DNA of 64,000 nucleotides from Candidatus Cloacimonadales bacterium (GCA_963662275.1 OY759316.1:2406177-2470176), one strand, 5' to 3'; shown: positions 45,193 to 55,252, numbered from the stretch's first letter. Made by a program: numbers and translations. The notes: generated by a model from the letters alone, not told the origin.

Positions 45193-48100
45193 ATGAGTAA
45201 TAAATTGATTACAATTCTCTTTCTCTTTTTGGGAATAACAGCTCTTTGTTTTGCACAATCAGTAACTTTAAGTTCACCAGATCAAATAGCTGCAGGTAAT
45301 GCAACTCAAGGTAATGTAAAACAAGTTATCTTCCATTTTCACCTGAACCGGGATAATGTTGGTATCATAAATTTAACAGGAGTTAATTTTACTACCGGTG
45401 GGAATTATCAAGCCAGTGATTTAACCAGGTTTCAATTATGGTTCAGCGGAGCTGATAATATTTCTTCAGCAGTTCAAATCAGCTCTGATATTACCACGAA
45501 CATGGGACCTGGATCGCATACATTCTCCTCATTTTCAACCTTACTTGCTGCAAGTTATACTCGATATTTATTTGTAACAGCAGACATTGCACTCAATGCT
45601 ACCACTTCAAAATATGTGAATGTATCCGGATGGTCAACAAGCAACTTCATTGTTAGTTCTGGTGCAAAATCAGGCACAGCTCCGGCAGGAGGGGCGCAAA
45701 CCATCACTCCTTTTACTACTTTAGCAACAGACTACTTTCGTTCTAATTCAACAATCGGTAACTGGTCGTCTCCAGGATTCTGGCAATCGTCTCACGATAA
45801 TATTACCTGGGCAACTGCAACCTTATCTCCTTCAAGTACAGCGAATACGATTACTGTTCTCAGTGGTCATTCAGTTAATTTCGATACCAGTATTTCCATA
45901 GATCAAACTGTCATCAATGCTGGTGGGCAAGTAATGATAAGTAATGGCACAACACTTACAATTGCCGATGGTTCAGGCACAGATCTGACTGTGAATGGAA
46001 CTCTGAGAAATAATGAGGGAATCATCATTACATCGGGAATCCTTGCTTTTGGTAGCGGAGGTTTATACCAATGTAATTTTGCATCAATAGTAGGGGTAAT
46101 TCCAACTGCTACCTGGAACACAAATTCAACCTGTGAAATTATTGGTTATACTAACTTTTCTGGCATTCAAACCGGGTTAAGCCAGAATTTTGGTAATTTT
46201 AAATGGAATTGTCCAGACCAAACAGCAAACATCACAGCAAATTCAACACTTCTGACAGTGAAAGGGAATTTGGAAATCGCTGCTGGACAATTTCAATTAA
46301 CTGCAACAGGTACTCCTTCACTTGCCTTAGGTGGTGGATTGAATATTTCCGGCGGAACATTGGATATGAGTTCAGGCACTGGAAATGCAGTAATTAATCT
46401 TAAGGGTAATTTTACCATGTCTGGAGGTGTCCTTACTGAAACTGGTTCTGGAGCAGCAAATAATATAAACTTTAGTGGAACAACAGCGCAAGTGATTTCA
46501 ATCACAGGTCTATCAACCATCAGTAATACCATTAATTTTGCAGTAAATAGCAGTGCTATAGCGGAGTTTGAAACAGAATCGACAGTTTTAAATGGTTCAA
46601 TAGGTACTTTTACAGTAAACAGCGGTTCAACATTGATAATCAGGCATGAAAATGGTATTGCATCCACAGGGAACAACTCTGGTTGTATACAAATAACAGG
46701 TACCAGGACATTCAGTTCTACCGCAACATACTCATTCAAAGGTTATGCAAATCAAGCTACTGGAAATGGATTACCAACGACTATCAGCAACTTAATCGTG
46801 AATCATGATGGTGGTGGAGTCACTTTATCCGGTGCATGTACTGTTACGACTGCATTATCATTATATACTGCTCTTTCAATAGATGCAAACACATTGACAC
46901 TCAACGGAACGGTACCAGTTCGTACAGGTGGGATTATTGGTGGAAATTCTTCAAACTTGGTTATTGGTGGAACTGCCTCCTTAACGATACCTGAAATCAA
47001 TTCCGGTTTACAGAATTTGACAATCAATGGTAACGGCGCAATTACTTTGGGAAACTCAGTTACAATTTATAATATCTTTACCCTCGCTTCATCCGGCAAT
47101 GGATATTTGAGTGTGGGGAATTATACTTTAACGATTAACGGAACTGCCGTTTTCAATGCGTTAAGCTATGTAAGTGGAGCAGGCAGTTTTGTATTAGCGA
47201 GTGGAGCTACCCTTCAAACCCCTAATACTTCAGGAATTACATTAAGTGGAACAACAGGAAGCGTTCGAACTACCACGCGTATTTTCAACACAGATTCAAA
47301 TTATTCCTACAATGGTACTTCGGCACAGTTAACCGGAAATGGATTACCGGATACCGTCCATGATCTGACAACCACAAATCTTTATGGAGTTACCATATCT
47401 ACGTCTTGTATTGTAAATGGAACCTTTACTCCTTCCGGTGATTTATTTATAGGAAATAATAGTGTCATTACGGTAATGGGAGCAGCTGTTTTTAATACTT
47501 TATATTATGTTAGTGATGCTTCAAGCAGTGCCAGTACTTTTATTCTATCAAGTGGAGCTACCCTTCAAACAGCACATGCTGCAGGTATTACTTCGAGTGG
47601 TGCAACCGGCAGTGTACGGACAACCGTACGATCTTTCAATTCCAATGCCAATTACACTTATAATGGCACAGTAGCTCAGGTAACAGGTAGCGGATTACCA
47701 GCTTCTGTTTTGAATCTAACTGTCAGTAATGCTGCTGGAGTAACATTATCCGGCTCCTGTGCTGTCAATGGAGTTTTTACACCTTCAACAGGGTATCTAA
47801 ATGTTGGTAATTATTTACTGAATATTAATGGAACAGCCAGATTTAATGCTACAAATTATGTTATCGGTGCTGGTAGTTTTATTTTAGCCAATCATGCTAC
47901 ACTTGAAACAGCGAATGTGAATGGCATTACAACCAGCGGTGGTGGTAGTGTCCAGACAAATACTCGAATATTCAATACAAATGCTAATTATGTTTTTAAT
48001 GGCACGACGGCTCAAGTAACAGGAAATGGGTTACCGGGAACTGTTCGTGATTTGACTGCCAGTAATATTGCAGCGCTTACTTTATCAGGTTCCTGTAATG

Positions 48101-50004
48101 TTAATGGCACATTTACACAATCTGTTGGGAATTTGGATGTTAATATTTATGCCCTAACGATTAATAACACAGCAATATTCAATTCCAGCAATTATGTGTT
48201 TGGGGCAGGTAGTTTTGCTTTATCCAATGGAGCTATACTGCAGACTTCCAATGTTGATGGTATTAACATGCCACCGGCAAACACCGGTAGTGTACGAACA
48301 ACATCACGTTCTTTTGACATAGGGGCGAATTATACTTATAGTGGAAGTTCCACTCAGTACAGTGGAAATGGTTATCCGGATCTATGTACTGGAACATTAC
48401 AAGTTAGTAAATCGAATAGTGCTTCGTTCTATCTGAGTACATCACGCACAATTGGCACAAACGGTAAAATCAATTTAGCTTTAGGTACATTCGCTGCAAG
48501 TACTTCATTAACTATGGGTACAGGATCATCCATAATAAGGAATGCAGGTTATTTGAGCGGTACAATCCAAGGTAATAATGCATATTCAGTGACTTATATA
48601 GGAAACAGTAAAGCAACTGGAAATGAGCTTTCGGGTAGCGGACTTGGAAACATTACGATTGATTTGAATAGTGGAAATACAATAACACTAAATCGCAACT
48701 TAATTGTAGATGATTTGGAAGTGCTTAGTTTTTTGCAGGGATCCCTGGCTTTATCGAATTTCAACCTTACAATGAATGGAAGCTACAGTGGAGCGAATCA
48801 GTTCATCTATAACGGAACAGGATCATTGAATGGGAATAACGTAGGTTCCAATGCTTGCATTAGACTGACAGTTGTATCACCTTCTTCATTACCCGTTAAT
48901 GTAAATATTCTTGAAGTCAATCCTGGCGAAGGGAATACTATCACTCTTCCGGGAGATGTTTCAACAGCTACACTGCTGATTACCGATGGAAGTTTAGGAT
49001 TAAATAGTCATATTTTAACACTTGCAGGGAAAGATTTTGCGTTACAAGGCTCCAATAGCATTTCTGCTCTCGATGTTAATATGACCTCAACATCGCATAC
49101 ATATAATGGATATCCAAGCTTAGCACATACCTGGCAGACCAGTGGAATTTTTAGCGGAGCATTAAGCATCATCTTTTCATATCCTTCATCATTATCTACA
49201 TCTTCGGTAATGACAGTCTTGAATAGAGATCATGTAGTTGTAGAAAGCAACTGGAACAATGTCGTTACTTTAAGTTCAGTCTTATATGAATCTAATTATT
49301 CAATCACATTACATAATATAACTACCTTGAATGGAGCAAAAAAAGGTGACCTGGATTGGACACTTATAGAACCTGATCAGGATTTACCAGTCGAATTGAC
49401 TTCCTTTCAAGCACACATAACTCAGGATCTCTTTGTGAAACTGCAATGGATGACACAATCCGAAACAAATCTGACAGGCTATAACGTATTTCGTTCATTG
49501 AACGAAGACGTAAATTCAGCGATGCAGGTGAATTCATATCTTATACCTGCAACAAACACTTCTGTAACTCATACATATGATTTTCAGGATACGAATGTTA
49601 CCAGTGATAATACGTATTACTATTGGTTACAGCATATTGATCATGCTGGGATAGTTGGTTATTTCGGACCGGTATCAATTACGGTAAATAGCAATGAAAT
49701 TGAAAATCCATCTCCTATTATTCCTTTGACTACAGGTCTTAATGCGCTGTATCCAAATCCATTTACCGGAAACACAATCATTCGATATTATCTGAGCAAA
49801 GACATTTCGACTACAATCGATATTTATAATACGAAAGGTCAGTTGGTTCGTTCTTTCCCAAATACAGCCAAGACAGCAGGTAACCAATCACTGGCGTGGG
49901 ATGGATTTGATAATAACGGAAGGACTTGCAGTTCAGGTATCTATCTCGTCAGAATGTTAGCTGGTAAAGATCATTCCTATCTCAAGGCTACTCTTATTAA
50001 GTAA
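45193..50004 (+). CDS. Giant secreted repeat protein, tandem paralog of 40382..45133, with T9SS-type sorting domain
   Basis: The track ORF starts at a GTG (45166). I prefer the ATG at 45193 (GGAG 8 nt upstream; MSNKLITILFLFLGITALCFA). It has the same repeat architecture plus a ~190-aa N-terminal extension. The CTD is YPNPFTGNTIIRY..IYNTKGQLV..SGIYLVRMLAG..KATLIK. Confidence 0.85.
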   Translation: MSNKLITILFLFLGITALCFAQSVTLSSPDQIAAGNATQGNVKQVIFHFHLNRDNVGIINLTGVNFTTGGNYQASDLTRFQLWFSGADNISSAVQISSDITTNMGPGSHTFSSFSTLLAASYTRYLFVTADIALNATTSKYVNVSGWSTSNFIVSSGAKSGTAPAGGAQTITPFTTLATDYFRSNSTIGNWSSPGFWQSSHDNITWATATLSPSSTANTITVLSGHSVNFDTSISIDQTVINAGGQVMISNGTTLTIADGSGTDLTVNGTLRNNEGIIITSGILAFGSGGLYQCNFASIVGVIPTATWNTNSTCEIIGYTNFSGIQTGLSQNFGNFKWNCPDQTANITANSTLLTVKGNLEIAAGQFQLTATGTPSLALGGGLNISGGTLDMSSGTGNAVINLKGNFTMSGGVLTETGSGAANNINFSGTTAQVISITGLSTISNTINFAVNSSAIAEFETESTVLNGSIGTFTVNSGSTLIIRHENGIASTGNNSGCIQITGTRTFSSTATYSFKGYANQATGNGLPTTISNLIVNHDGGGVTLSGACTVTTALSLYTALSIDANTLTLNGTVPVRTGGIIGGNSSNLVIGGTASLTIPEINSGLQNLTINGNGAITLGNSVTIYNIFTLASSGNGYLSVGNYTLTINGTAVFNALSYVSGAGSFVLASGATLQTPNTSGITLSGTTGSVRTTTRIFNTDSNYSYNGTSAQLTGNGLPDTVHDLTTTNLYGVTISTSCIVNGTFTPSGDLFIGNNSVITVMGAAVFNTLYYVSDASSSASTFILSSGATLQTAHAAGITSSGATGSVRTTVRSFNSNANYTYNGTVAQVTGSGLPASVLNLTVSNAAGVTLSGSCAVNGVFTPSTGYLNVGNYLLNINGTARFNATNYVIGAGSFILANHATLETANVNGITTSGGGSVQTNTRIFNTNANYVFNGTTAQVTGNGLPGTVRDLTASNIAALTLSGSCNVNGTFTQSVGNLDVNIYALTINNTAIFNSSNYVFGAGSFALSNGAILQTSNVDGINMPPANTGSVRTTSRSFDIGANYTYSGSSTQYSGNGYPDLCTGTLQVSKSNSASFYLSTSRTIGTNGKINLALGTFAASTSLTMGTGSSIIRNAGYLSGTIQGNNAYSVTYIGNSKATGNELSGSGLGNITIDLNSGNTITLNRNLIVDDLEVLSFLQGSLALSNFNLTMNGSYSGANQFIYNGTGSLNGNNVGSNACIRLTVVSPSSLPVNVNILEVNPGEGNTITLPGDVSTATLLITDGSLGLNSHILTLAGKDFALQGSNSISALDVNMTSTSHTYNGYPSLAHTWQTSGIFSGALSIIFSYPSSLSTSSVMTVLNRDHVVVESNWNNVVTLSSVLYESNYSITLHNITTLNGAKKGDLDWTLIEPDQDLPVELTSFQAHITQDLFVKLQWMTQSETNLTGYNVFRSLNEDVNSAMQVNSYLIPATNTSVTHTYDFQDTNVTSDNTYYYWLQHIDHAGIVGYFGPVSITVNSNEIENPSPIIPLTTGLNALYPNPFTGNTIIRYYLSKDISTTIDIYNTKGQLVRSFPNTAKTAGNQSLAWDGFDNNGRTCSSGIYLVRMLAGKDHSYLKATLIK

Positions 50005-50027
50005 TGCAATTCAGATGTTGGATTTTC

Positions 50028-50143
50028 ATGAAAGCTTACCAAAAATTAGCAAATTACCGATACTGTTCATTGAGTTGTCATCCCCGATATGATCGGGGAT
50101 CCACACTATATGAAATTGTATCGAAAACCCGTTTTCTGGGAAC
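50028..50143 (+). repeat. Intergenic repeat family F, divergent copy d, directly abutted by IS copy B
   Basis: It starts ATGAAAGCTTA and shares GTTCATTGAGT and GAAATTGTATCGAAA with copy c. It contains a perfect hairpin, ATCCCCGAT-ATG-ATCGGGGAT, at 50080-50100. Confidence 0.6.
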
Positions 50144-50160
50144 AAAAAACCCATTATAAA

Positions 50161-52021
50161 GAGACTGTTCATGAAGTTATTCATAATATTCAATAAGTTA
50201 GAAAGTAGCAAGTTGAAAAAAGTGGTCGAAACGGTCATAATTTAACATACCTTCCAGAATTGACAGATAAGCTCTGCTAAGGACACCAAATCACAAGTTA
50301 AGCTTTTTGACTAAAATTGAAAAACACGCGATTATAAGTAATGTTTCGAAGCCGTTTCTGACTAAATGTGTAGTTAAAATCATATAAAATAGTTCTTTAC
50401 AAGTTTTTTGCTATAGCTTCAATGGCATTTGTTACCTGGTAACAAAAGGGAGGATATTATGACAAAAAAACACTCCAATTCAAGAAGCGGTAAGTGTTAG
50501 TCATGAAAGTAACCAATACCATGTAAGTATTAACGTACCATTTTCATTCACTTTGCCTGAGACAACATCAAACCACAAGTTCTTAATAGCGTTTCTACGC
50601 TTATTAGTAGGAATAGGCGGAGACAACCTCCTTACACTTCAGCAAATAGCTGATCTGTTTAACTACGCAGACCGCAGGAATGTACATAATTTCTGGCAAG
50701 AGTTTGAGCAGCATGGTCATGATATCCTGGCATATTTAAGCCGGAAAGTTGACCTGCTGGAGTGTATTCCTCAGATCGAGAATTTTGTTATCAATAACCT
50801 GCTTTTACCTTTAAATGTCATGTATCAGGAGTTCATCAGCCATCATGATTTTAAAATGTCCTATACCACTTTCTGCAAATATGCTTCTCAGGTCAATTCT
50901 CTGTCTGTAGTTAAGCAAGCTCAGAAGCTTCTTCTGAAAAAGACAGTAGGCGGTGATGCTGTACATCTGCTGAAACTGCTTGCCGGTCAGCAGAATACAC
51001 CTGTTATCTGTGACAGACTCCTGGAACAAATGAAGACTGCTAAAGGCAATACATCCCATAGAACCGCCGATGCAAAGCCGTTCCATAGTCTGGAACGCAA
51101 GAACCTGTGTCTGCTGGTACATTACCTGGTTGGAAGCGGTATGAACTTCGAGACGATAGCTTTGCTGCTCAACACCTGTAAAGCTACAGTCTCAAATCTC
51201 TGGCATGAAATCGCTGACCTGCAGAGCCTGATTCTGAACTCAATCGGTAAGTGGAGCGGAAAGATCAGCATTGATGAGAAATATGTGAAGATCAAAGGTA
51301 TTCCGTACTATGTCATCAGTATTGTTGATTTTGTGACTCACATCCCTCTGTTTTGTGAGTTGTATCCTGACACAAAGAAAGAATCATTCGAAGCATGTTT
51401 CAGAACCTTCAGACAGCTCTACAGGAAAGATCCAACCCTGATTGTCAGTGATGGCAGTAAATCGTTAGCAGTTGCAAGAAAAACAGTGTTTCCAAAAGTC
51501 CATTACCAACTCTGTAAGTTCCATAAGATACGAAATCTCTTCAAAAGAATCAGTCAATGTCATCTCCCTGAAGACAGGGACAAGTTCTTTAAGAAGAGGA
51601 TTATGAAAGCTTTCCGAAGAGAAACGGCGGGCGGAAGGAAAAAGGGTATCGCAAGCCTGACAGCTATTACTCCCCCAACCGCCGCCGAATACATCAAAAG
51701 CAATATCATTAGTGATTGGAGACACCTCAGCAAAGGTTTGACTTCCAATGTCTCTGAACGCTGGAACCGCAAAATCAAGAAGGTGACATCCGGTAGATTT
51801 GGACTAAAATCTGAAGAAACCACCCGCAACCTTGTGTTTTCGCTTTGGTTCAAAGAACTGGTCGATAAAGGTCAACCAATCATGCGTCAGGAATCACTTT
51901 TAGCAAGTTTAAGTATCTCCCGCATATGTCAAGAAAATGTGGATTGGTCGCACTTAGACCACTTTTTCTCTGTCACTACCAATAAGGCTGCGTAAAATGG
52001 AGGTTAATTTTGAACAGTCTC
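50161..52021 (+). mobile_element. 1861-bp insertion sequence, copy B, with 8-bp target duplication ATTATAAA
   Basis: It has the same GAGACTGTTCA termini. ATTATAAA occurs at 50153-50160 and at 52022-52029. It is inverted relative to copy A. Confidence 0.9.
50553..51995 (+). CDS. DDE transposase of IS copy B
   Basis: The 480-aa product is identical to copy A except S for N (ASLSISRIC vs ASLNISRIC). The frame is open back to 50463, with no ATG or GTG before the TTG at 50553. Confidence 0.8.
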   Translation: MPETTSNHKFLIAFLRLLVGIGGDNLLTLQQIADLFNYADRRNVHNFWQEFEQHGHDILAYLSRKVDLLECIPQIENFVINNLLLPLNVMYQEFISHHDFKMSYTTFCKYASQVNSLSVVKQAQKLLLKKTVGGDAVHLLKLLAGQQNTPVICDRLLEQMKTAKGNTSHRTADAKPFHSLERKNLCLLVHYLVGSGMNFETIALLLNTCKATVSNLWHEIADLQSLILNSIGKWSGKISIDEKYVKIKGIPYYVISIVDFVTHIPLFCELYPDTKKESFEACFRTFRQLYRKDPTLIVSDGSKSLAVARKTVFPKVHYQLCKFHKIRNLFKRISQCHLPEDRDKFFKKRIMKAFRRETAGGRKKGIASLTAITPPTAAEYIKSNIISDWRHLSKGLTSNVSERWNRKIKKVTSGRFGLKSEETTRNLVFSLWFKELVDKGQPIMRQESLLASLSISRICQENVDWSHLDHFFSVTTNKAA

Positions 52022-52112
52022 ATTATAAATATATATCTTTTCAGCAACAAACATCTTGACACCACATTACATCTTTGCTAAATCCTGTATTATATCAAAT
52101 TAGGAGGATAAT

Positions 52113-54857
52113 ATGAAAAGGTATATCTTTGTAATTCTATCTTTAATAGTATTGAGTAATCTTCTTTCAAATGACAATCACATGAATGTACCCGTTGGAC
52201 AGGCAATTTACCCAAATTTCATTTCCAATCATAATCGCGATAACGAACGCCTAGCTCCTGTTTGGACATTCAATAATCTACCGACCAGTATTCTGATGTC
52301 TTATAATGATTATATGATTGGTGGGTATAACAATTTACCTATGCAATTGATACCTGATGCAATGGGAGGAGGATATTTCCTGACTTTTCATGCAAAAAGA
52401 ACAGCTACTGGGACGAGAAGAGTGATTTATTCGTATATTGAACAAAACGGTACCGTACATAATACAAATGACTTAACTACTGATACATATGCTCAAGGAT
52501 ACTCAGCAATGGATATTGATCCTATATCAGGAAAACCAATTTATGCCTGGCATTCCCCTGTGGATACAGATACTAGTCAGGAAGTTATGGTTTCTTGGGA
52601 TAGATTACTTGAGGGTGTTCCAGGTTCCTTAACTACCCCTGCTTTAATTATTGATAATCCAATCACTATTACTTCACCAAGTGGAATCACTACGACTAAC
52701 AATGAGTTCAATTGGCCAATTGTCAAGATCGGACCATCACCTTCTGTTGGAATGCAGCGAGTATATGTTCTTACCCGCAATTATTCAATATATAATTTCA
52801 CTTCTGAGAATCCATTAATCGCCTGGGCTGATTTTACTTCTACCATGTTAGAAACAGGATCTCCCTTAGTCTGGAATCAAGTCCATATACCTGTATTAGA
52901 TGATTGGCATGTTGTCACTGATTGGAAACAACCTTCTTATGGTTTTACTGTTGGTAATGATGGCAGGATTTATCTGGCAGGTCACCATAAATCCCAAACT
53001 CCTGAAGCGGACATGGATGTGTTTGTCTGTGAAAATTATGGAGAAGGCACATGGCAGCATTACAGTGCTTTCAGTAATTTTCCCAGTTGGAATCCTCCCA
53101 CTCAAAATGGAGCTGGTCCTGGTTTTTTTATGAATCCAGTCAATGTTCCCTTTACCGATTCTCAAATGCGATGGAAAATACAAAATGCTCGTAATGTAAA
53201 CGCCGTCATAGATGATAATGGATTGATCCATGTTACTGCTATGTGGATGTTGAGCAATTCTAATAATGTCGATTATCCAAGCTTTAATACTATCAAAGAA
53301 TTCGTTTTTGATACCAATACCCACCAGTTCGACATCAGGGAAGTCTATCCAATTGCCGGTACGTCATCCGACAGTTTAAGATGGCAACCTTGGGATGCTG
53401 ATGGAAATGGAATCGTTGATCAATATGACCAGGCAACCGGTAATCCGCTTATGCGTGATGATTGGAATTTTTGCTATTGGGATGATAATGTTTCTTATAT
53501 GAGAGATGATTATAATTTTTACAAAATAACAGAACCCAATGCGCAAGGCTGGATGGCAAGTTTATGGCAGAATTCGTATAAAGCAAGAAGATGCAATTAT
53601 TATGGCGATTCTCAATATGCAGCTTATACAACGGTGCCTGAAATTTATATTTCCGTTTCTCCAGATAACGGTCTGAATTGGTCTGAACCGATTATCATCA
53701 ACTCCGTGGAAACAGCACAATTTAGCGGGAACAGACCTATGTGGGCTTATCCTTCAGATAAAATAAAATATGAGGGGATAATTAATGGGCACCCGGTTGG
53801 AAAACTGGGCTTGATGTATTATCATGACTTCACTTGGGGATCTTATAATGGTAGTTCAACAGGACCTGAAGATGGTGGAATTGTGAAGTTTATGACGATT
53901 AATATCGAATTCCCGATGCAGGGAATTTCTGGTATATCAGGTATTGTCAAGCGCATAGATAATCAGTTGCCAATAGCAAATGCCACGATCACTTCAGGAC
54001 TATATACGGCAATATCAAATGAACAGGGAACTTATGTTATGAACATGCCTGCCGGAAGTTATACTGTAACTGCTTCCGCAGAGGGTTATGTGCCCATGAT
54101 CGTAAATAATGTTGTAGTTACAAATAATCAATCGACCACACTAGATTTTAGCCTGAATGAGATTACGAATCCAGCCACGGAAGTTGTTGCTTCTATCCAA
54201 ACTGGTAATAGTGCGGTACTTATCCAATGGGATTCTCCAGTCAGTGGAAGTAATCTGAGCTTTGATTTGGAGAAAAAATTAAAAGACAGCCAGATGATAC
54301 CCAAATCAAGTGTTGTTAATCTCAGGGACCGTAACCTGACTGGTTTCAAGATTTGGCTTCTGATAAATGGACAGGAGAATAACGATGAAGCCTGGATATT
54401 GATTGGAACTGTACCTGCAACTGATAATTCGATAATAGATACAAGCTGGGAAAATCTCGCTGCGAACACCTACCGTTATGCAGTGAAAGCAGTTTATTCA
54501 GGGAGTATTCTATCCTCACCCAGTTTTTCCAATACTGTAATAAAGCCTGTCGTTAATTCAGATCCGAGCAATAGCCCAAGTATTACCAGGATTATATCAG
54601 CTTCCCCCAATCCATTTGTCTCAACAGTCAGTATAAGCTATGAATTAAAGTCGAATAGCCCAGCTAGACTTGATATTTTCAATATCAATGGACAGCATAT
54701 AAAGACATTGAATACTGCTCTATCTCAAAAAGGAATTAACCATATTGTATGGGATGGTACTAATGATAGAGGAGATAAAGTCGGAAGTGGTCTGTATCTC
54801 TATAGATTAGATGCTGAGGGTCAAATCTTTACAAAGAAAATGATGTTTTTGAAGTAG
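52113..54857 (+). CDS. Secreted protein with carboxypeptidase-regulatory-like domain, Fn3-like module and T9SS-type sorting domain
   Basis: 914 aa with an AGGAGG RBS and a signal peptide. One Asp-box-like SPDNGLNWS. The CarboxypepD_reg-like block is GISGIVKRIDNQLPIANATITSG...QGTYVMNMPAGSYTVTASAEGY. The CTD is SPNPF..IFNINGQHI..WDGTNDRGDKVGSGLYLYRL..KKMMFLK. Confidence 0.75.
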   Translation: MKRYIFVILSLIVLSNLLSNDNHMNVPVGQAIYPNFISNHNRDNERLAPVWTFNNLPTSILMSYNDYMIGGYNNLPMQLIPDAMGGGYFLTFHAKRTATGTRRVIYSYIEQNGTVHNTNDLTTDTYAQGYSAMDIDPISGKPIYAWHSPVDTDTSQEVMVSWDRLLEGVPGSLTTPALIIDNPITITSPSGITTTNNEFNWPIVKIGPSPSVGMQRVYVLTRNYSIYNFTSENPLIAWADFTSTMLETGSPLVWNQVHIPVLDDWHVVTDWKQPSYGFTVGNDGRIYLAGHHKSQTPEADMDVFVCENYGEGTWQHYSAFSNFPSWNPPTQNGAGPGFFMNPVNVPFTDSQMRWKIQNARNVNAVIDDNGLIHVTAMWMLSNSNNVDYPSFNTIKEFVFDTNTHQFDIREVYPIAGTSSDSLRWQPWDADGNGIVDQYDQATGNPLMRDDWNFCYWDDNVSYMRDDYNFYKITEPNAQGWMASLWQNSYKARRCNYYGDSQYAAYTTVPEIYISVSPDNGLNWSEPIIINSVETAQFSGNRPMWAYPSDKIKYEGIINGHPVGKLGLMYYHDFTWGSYNGSSTGPEDGGIVKFMTINIEFPMQGISGISGIVKRIDNQLPIANATITSGLYTAISNEQGTYVMNMPAGSYTVTASAEGYVPMIVNNVVVTNNQSTTLDFSLNEITNPATEVVASIQTGNSAVLIQWDSPVSGSNLSFDLEKKLKDSQMIPKSSVVNLRDRNLTGFKIWLLINGQENNDEAWILIGTVPATDNSIIDTSWENLAANTYRYAVKAVYSGSILSSPSFSNTVIKPVVNSDPSNSPSITRIISASPNPFVSTVSISYELKSNSPARLDIFNINGQHIKTLNTALSQKGINHIVWDGTNDRGDKVGSGLYLYRLDAEGQIFTKKMMFLK

Positions 54858-54877
54858 TCAAAAAGCAATTCATAAAA

Positions 54878-54920
54878 AGAACGGCTACCGTACAGGCAGC
54901 CGTTCTTTATTTTTTTTTGT
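54878..54920 (+). terminator. Rho-independent terminator after 52113..54857
   Basis: The AGAACGGCT ... AGCCGTTCT 9-bp stem is followed by TTATTTTTTTTTG. Confidence 0.7.
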
Positions 54921-54950
54921 TTTTCGTTTTACAGGTCTTTATTTTTGCCC

Positions 54951-54979
54951 TTGACAGTCCAGCAGGTATTTGATTTATA
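54951..54979 (+). promoter_or_regulatory. Candidate sigma70-type promoter upstream of speH-speE
   Basis: TTGACA (54951-54956), a 17-nt spacer ending in TGA (extended -10), then TTTATA (54974-54979). It would give a leader of about 270 nt. There is no experimental support. Confidence 0.3.
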
Positions 54980-55252
54980 GAAATACTTTACGATGGATTG
55001 AGGTATATGAAACAAAATTTAGCTACATTTATTCGATTTCACAGTCTTGAAGACCGGTTTTACCAGGTTTTCAGAAAGTATAATCCTGTAGCAAAAAGAG
55101 GGTACATACTGGTAGAAGTTTCCGCTTTTACCTCAACATTGACACCGCTCCACTAATCAATTTCACTTTTACGTCTGTTAATTTGTGTATCATTCCCCAG
55201 GCTTATTGCCTAAATTTAACACACCTAAGTTATTGATATGGAGACAAGAAAA

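Noticed and set aside
30695-52021. The inverted IS pair might be a composite transposon, or the product of intramolecular replicative inversion.
   Set aside because: Each IS copy is flanked by its own matching 8-bp direct duplication (TAATAAAG and ATTATAAA). The segment as a whole has no shared duplication. This fits two independent insertions and no subsequent inversion.
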